From assembly GCF_009914755.1 (NCBI RefSeq), contig NC_060933.1: a stretch of DNA of 64,000 nt; one strand, 5' to 3'. The notes under the pieces are model-generated. The model ran no database searches, was not told the DNA's origin, and saw only the letters and a program-made list of their open reading frames with translations. The position numbers and the translations under genes are program-made. This document shows, one piece after another, positions 58,957 through 64,000 of the stretch (the stretch's first letter is position 1; each line of letters starts with the position of its first letter). Source of the stretch: the human T2T-CHM13v2.0 reference genome, Homo sapiens.

Positions 58957-59088
58957 TTTTTTTTTTTTTTTTTTTAGACAAAGTCTCATTATGTTGCCCA
59001 GGCTGGACTCCAACTCTTGGGCTCAAGCAATCCTCCTGTCTTAGCCTCCCAAGTAGCTGGAGCTACAGGCATGTGTCATGGCCCCCAG
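58957..59088 (-). mobile_element. Alu monomer (FLAM/FRAM-like)
   Basis: TSD cagaagcca. Confidence 0.88.
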
Positions 59089-59579
59089 CAGAAGCCAAAT
59101 TTGAGGGCAGCAACATAACTTCCCCCTAAAATGAGAAATAAATTACAGAGTTGTCTTGGTTTCAAAGAGATTTTAAGTTCACTGACTTGCCTCAGAGGAA
59201 CTTAACAAGAAAGAGCAAACCGAGGAGTAAGTTATTTTAGATAATTGCAGCAACAATGCAATGACTCAGGATTTAGGGAAAAATTACATATGAACTTATG
59301 ATCATGAAAAAAAAAAACATCAAACTGTCCAAATGCCTTGGGATAAATGGTCAATGAGTGACAGTATACAAAGGAACATAAGTCAATTTTTTTGTACTGC
59401 TGATTAATTATTTGGAACCCAATTTTAAAACAAAGTTGTTTATCTTCTTGGCATGCACTTACATTTCTTGAATTCATAACATCTCTTAGCCTCAAAAATG
59501 GAACCTTTTCAAATCTTCCGCATTCATTTAAAGGCGTCATTTTAATTTCTTGGGCACTACCAAAATGGGAAAACATTAG

Positions 59580-59914
<335 letters not shown>

Positions 59915-61594
59915 AATGAAAAAATTAAATAGCCTACTTAGGAATTACACAAAAGAAAGTATGATGGAGAATTAATTTCACACATTGGATACCACCACCA
60001 ATACCACAGTCACTGGACTGATAGATGAAAACTTTTGGGTTGTGGAGACGGAGTAACAGCAATCAATATATCATTTATCACTATCTCAGTAATATTTTCA
60101 TCATAGCCCACGTAAGAATAGATTGCAATGTCCTTTTAAGACAGTCCAAAAATTTTAGAGTTAGAAAATTATTACAAAGTCTTATTTATGAAGTGGAAAC
60201 GCGTAAAATTCTAAAGTCAAAGTTATCTAAAGCAATCTATGCTACTGTTCACTATGTAACATATAAGATCTAGAGGAGAAGATTATTTGTTAATATACTC
60301 TCATTTTGAAAAATAAGCTCAAACAAAATGCATAAAAGTATGCACCAAGTCGCATGTTCAAAAAAAAAGAAAAGGCACTTTTTACCTTGTATAGTTACAC
60401 TATGGAGCAAAGTTCTTTTAACTTCGATAAGAAAACACTTCTGAAGAAATTAAGTGCCAAATGATAAACTATGATGACCACAAAGGCAGGTTTAGGTTTC
60501 TAACAAAAACGTATGAAGTTAAGCCTTTCCAAATAATCTATGCATACTGTTGGTAGCCACAGCAGAAAATGCTATAGGCCAATAGATGTTTAGGAATATA
60601 CATGTTTATCTATATCTGCATGTTTAAAAACATATAGATGAAGGGATAATTAGAGATGAACTGCCCCAATTCTTAATTGCCAAGTTTTAAGTAAATTTTA
60701 ATTATACTGGAATCTAATATTTCAAATTTCCTTGGGGGATAAATATTTAAATATATAAAACTGAACAGTATTCTATAATAGGGGCTAGTGGAAGCCTGTG
60801 AAACATTTGACCTTTACCATTAATACAAAATGTTCTTCAGTAGGCTGACACTGGGATGTAAGAATGGTCCCACTAAATTACAATTATCAGCAGCTCAGAG
60901 TAAGTGAGTATTGCACAGCCTACAATACTTATCAGTCATCAGAGTACTTGTGACTATCAAGTAGAAATATGGAATTTAACTGTCTCTCTCCTCCCAATAT
61001 TTAATTTCTTAAAAACTCTGCAGTTATCTGTGGCTTTTTTATTTGGATGACAGTAACTTAAAAGCCATAACTTATCACATCAAATCATCATGTGCCTGAT
61101 AATCATGGCTTTGAAAATGAGTACAATTTCTATTTTATTCACATAATAGATTTATGTAGGAGACTAAACATGGAAGCTCTAATCTTCTGGTTGAGAAATT
61201 CAAATTTCCTTAATCCAGGATTATGTCAAGTTCCCATAATTTATTTTCTAGAAAATAAAGGATAACAAACACTTTCATTGGTAAACTCAAACATCGCCTA
61301 GAACTTGAAAGAGCTTTCTAAATAATTAAATATAAAATTCAATTCAAATTATATTCAGAGTATTTTCCATGTTAAAATTTTTGTTTTTTTTCTAGTTTAT
61401 GGAATTGAATAATCCAAGTAAAATTTTCTGTAATCTCTTAGCTACTATAACATTAGATTAATTGAAACAGTCCATTCCCCAACCATTTGGGATAAACTGA
61501 AAACTGCCATAACATGATACGCCTTACTATTAGTACATATTCAAGAGACTTAAAGCACACAAGATTTGATCATGTTATAAAATAAATTCAAGCT

Positions 61595-61660
61595 TTTCGA
61601 ATTTGTCTAGCAGGCTTTCCAATTTTTGCCAGAAAGCCCCCCACCATGAAAAATAAATAA
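61595..61660 (+). pseudogene. U7 snRNA retropseudogene, 5'-truncated
   Basis: U7-specific Sm site AATTTGTCTAG at 61600-61610; terminal stem-loop ggctttc...gaaagcc; A-rich tail; exact 18-bp TSD ataaaataaattcaagct at 61577-61594 and 61661-61678. Confidence 0.92.
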
Positions 61661-62049
61661 ATAAAATAAATTCAAGCTACAAATGAACGTAAATCCTAAT
61701 ACGATTGCCTTATGGCCAAGAGATTTACTCCTAGTTCTTCTCACGATAACCATAATGTACAATAATATGAAAAGCTCATTTAAAGGAAAAGTCATGAATA
61801 CCAAACTCTTCCACCATCAATTCATTTTCCAAAGCTATCAAATAGATTGCTTAACTTTGATTTGTTTATTCGGTGCTAGCACACAGAATCTTGATGATAT
61901 GCAAAAAGGATGTCTAAGCGATATATGATGCAGTTAGGAAAAGTTCTTTCTGCACCATCACACACTATGAAGATCGCCTTGCCCTTGAGATCCCTTACCA
62001 CAGGGTTCTATCTTGCTTATCAAACATCCCACTATCCAGCAGAAACTCT

Positions 62050-62305
62050 CTGGAACTGTCTCAAACACTATCACATCTGTGAAGCTCTATCTCATCCACC
62101 AACTACATGTGATTTTCCTGTCACTGATCTCACCAGGAGCAAAAGCTGAACCATTTATCCCACTATGCTTTGTATTAAAGATATTTGCATATTTGTCTTT
62201 GGCTCTCTGTTGGACTCCAAGGTCCTCAAGAGTAGAGAATGTGTCTTCTCATATTTGTATTTATTCACTTTAGTGTCTAGAACAGGACAGACTCTCAGAA
62301 AATAA
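62050..62305 (+). mobile_element. L2 3' fragment
   Basis: tggactccaaggtcctcaagagtagagaatgtgtctt...tagtgtctagaacag. Confidence 0.65.
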
Positions 62306-62316
62306 ATTTAACAGAA

Positions 62317-62437
62317 TTTTTTTTTTTTTTCATTTTTAGAGAGTCTTGATATGTCACCGAAGCTGGAGTGCAGTGGCAAAGATCATAGCTCTCTGCAGCC
62401 TCGAACTCCTGGACTCAAGCAATCCTTTGACCTCAAC
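62317..62437 (-). mobile_element. Truncated AluJ/FRAM
   Basis: TSD ttaacagaat. Confidence 0.88.
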
Positions 62438-63289
62438 CTTAACAGAATCTATCTTGCAAGAGAAATGGTAACTTGAGTCAAAGCTCAAAGTCTTATGCTG
62501 GTCTTACGTGGAATTCTACCCTATATGCTTTATAGAATGGAATTCTCTCCTTTTTTACTTCATTATATGATAATTAGAACATTTTATATGACTAAGTATA
62601 CATCTATGGATCAAATTTTCTTTTTTCTTCTTTGGTGTCTCTTTTCCCAATCAAGTCTTAATACATTAGATCTTTAAATAAAATAACTAAACAACCTGAT
62701 CATATAGGGTAAATCCTAGGATCATTAAGTCCAGTTCTCCAGCAACTCTTTAAGAAATAATCAAGATAATCATCACTTTAAAAATTTTTTAACAGTTTAA
62801 ATCATACCAAAGTGCCAAGAATGCAGATAATACTGCTTTCAAACGGATTAGAGAATGGAAAACCAAACAATTCTGGGTTTGCTGGCCTAAGCACAATAAA
62901 TCAGCAGAGAAGTTCTGATATTTACTCACAGGAAAAAGATTATAAATGGAAGATGTTTAAATCTACCCAAATCATTCTGAACCATCTTTAATAAAGAATA
63001 GCTTCCTGTTGCATTCAAAAGCTAGTATACCATATCGTCTAAAAGCTGTGACTTTTTTACTCATCCATTCATTTAACAAACGTGTATTAAGCATCTACTC
63101 TACGTTAAGTGTTGATGGTGGGAGTTGCAATTCTGCAGTTCATACAAGAAAGCTGTGCCTTCTTGAAATTTACAGGTAGTTAAATGCATTTAATCTGCAA
63201 TATTGGCTCCTACTAGTGCTTCGGTGATCATATTTAATAAATACAGTTATTTTAGTCACAGACTTCTCATTGATATAAATTTACAATGA

Positions 63290-63490
63290 ACTATAAGTCA
63301 GAGTATCTAGGTCCTAGTCTCATTGCTGCAGTTTAAGTGCCTATGAGATGTCATAATAACGACTCAGAGCCTAGCTTTCACATGTAAAGCCTGAATGCAT
63401 AAGCCCAGCCTGCTTTCCTTACAGGGTTATTATAAGGATTAATACAAAGATCCAATAAAGTGGTAATGCACTGAGCATATTTATCCTAGA
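63290..63490 (+). mobile_element. MIR
   Basis: ctcagagcctagctttcacatgtaaa...cttacagggttattataaggattaa. Confidence 0.65.
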
Positions 63491-64000
63491 TACTATATTA
63501 ATTTCACATGCATTGCTTTATTTAATATTAATTAGAGTCCTATGGTACTATAATACTCTTTATCTACATGTCAGAGTCCACAGGTATCTATAAGAAACTT
63601 CTCTTTCAAATTTGTCTGTTTTAAAATAAATGCATGTATTTATTTACACAGATAATTATCACCAGTAGTCTGGTAGCAATCACTTCCCATGTTCACTGTC
63701 CTTAAAGGTTTCCTCAAGGAACCTTAGCACAGATAATGCTAGAAAGTGTTTCAGTTTTGTTGTAGTTGGTATAAGAAAGAATCCCTGGAGGCAGCTTAGA
63801 ATTCATTAAAGAGAACTGCCTCAGGGTGACCCCTGAAGTTCTTTGAAGTTTCCCTGCTGGAAGAGACCTGGAATTGTCCAGTTTGGAAGATATAAGCACT
63901 AAATACATCAGCCTAATAAAAAGAGAAAAGAAAAGGAATGCATTTGGTTGACAGGCAGTAGGGAAGAGGAAGGAAGTGTTACCTTGCAGATTCCTAGTAT

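Overview
Primate (human-like) AT-rich intronic DNA, with no multi-exon coding sequence, CRISPR array or prokaryotic system. Much of it is interspersed repeat: about 37 Alus/FLAM/FRAM, L1PB1/L1M, L2, MIR, THE1A, MER41A, several MLT1, MER6 and other DNA transposons. Three L1-mobilised retrocopies have visible target-site duplications (TSDs): a 1.3-kb HERV-W processed pseudogene (11759-13070), a tailless 44-nt 5S rRNA fragment (4661-4704) and a U7 snRNA copy (61595-61660). All seven LTR-derived inserts lie on the + strand, as expected inside an intron of a minus-strand gene. The most interesting non-repeat signal is a set of minus-strand micro first-exon candidates, each an ATG plus a few codons ending in a phase-1 G|GT donor (MFSSLKEGL at 43835-43862, MNSNKK at 1127-1145, possibly MS at 15774-15780). 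From memory this fits the large first intron of RASAL2, but that is inference and not verified. Nearly all ORFs in the supplied track are Alu/L1 artefacts. I see no convincing wholly new biological system. Repeat subfamily names were assigned by eye and their boundaries are approximate.
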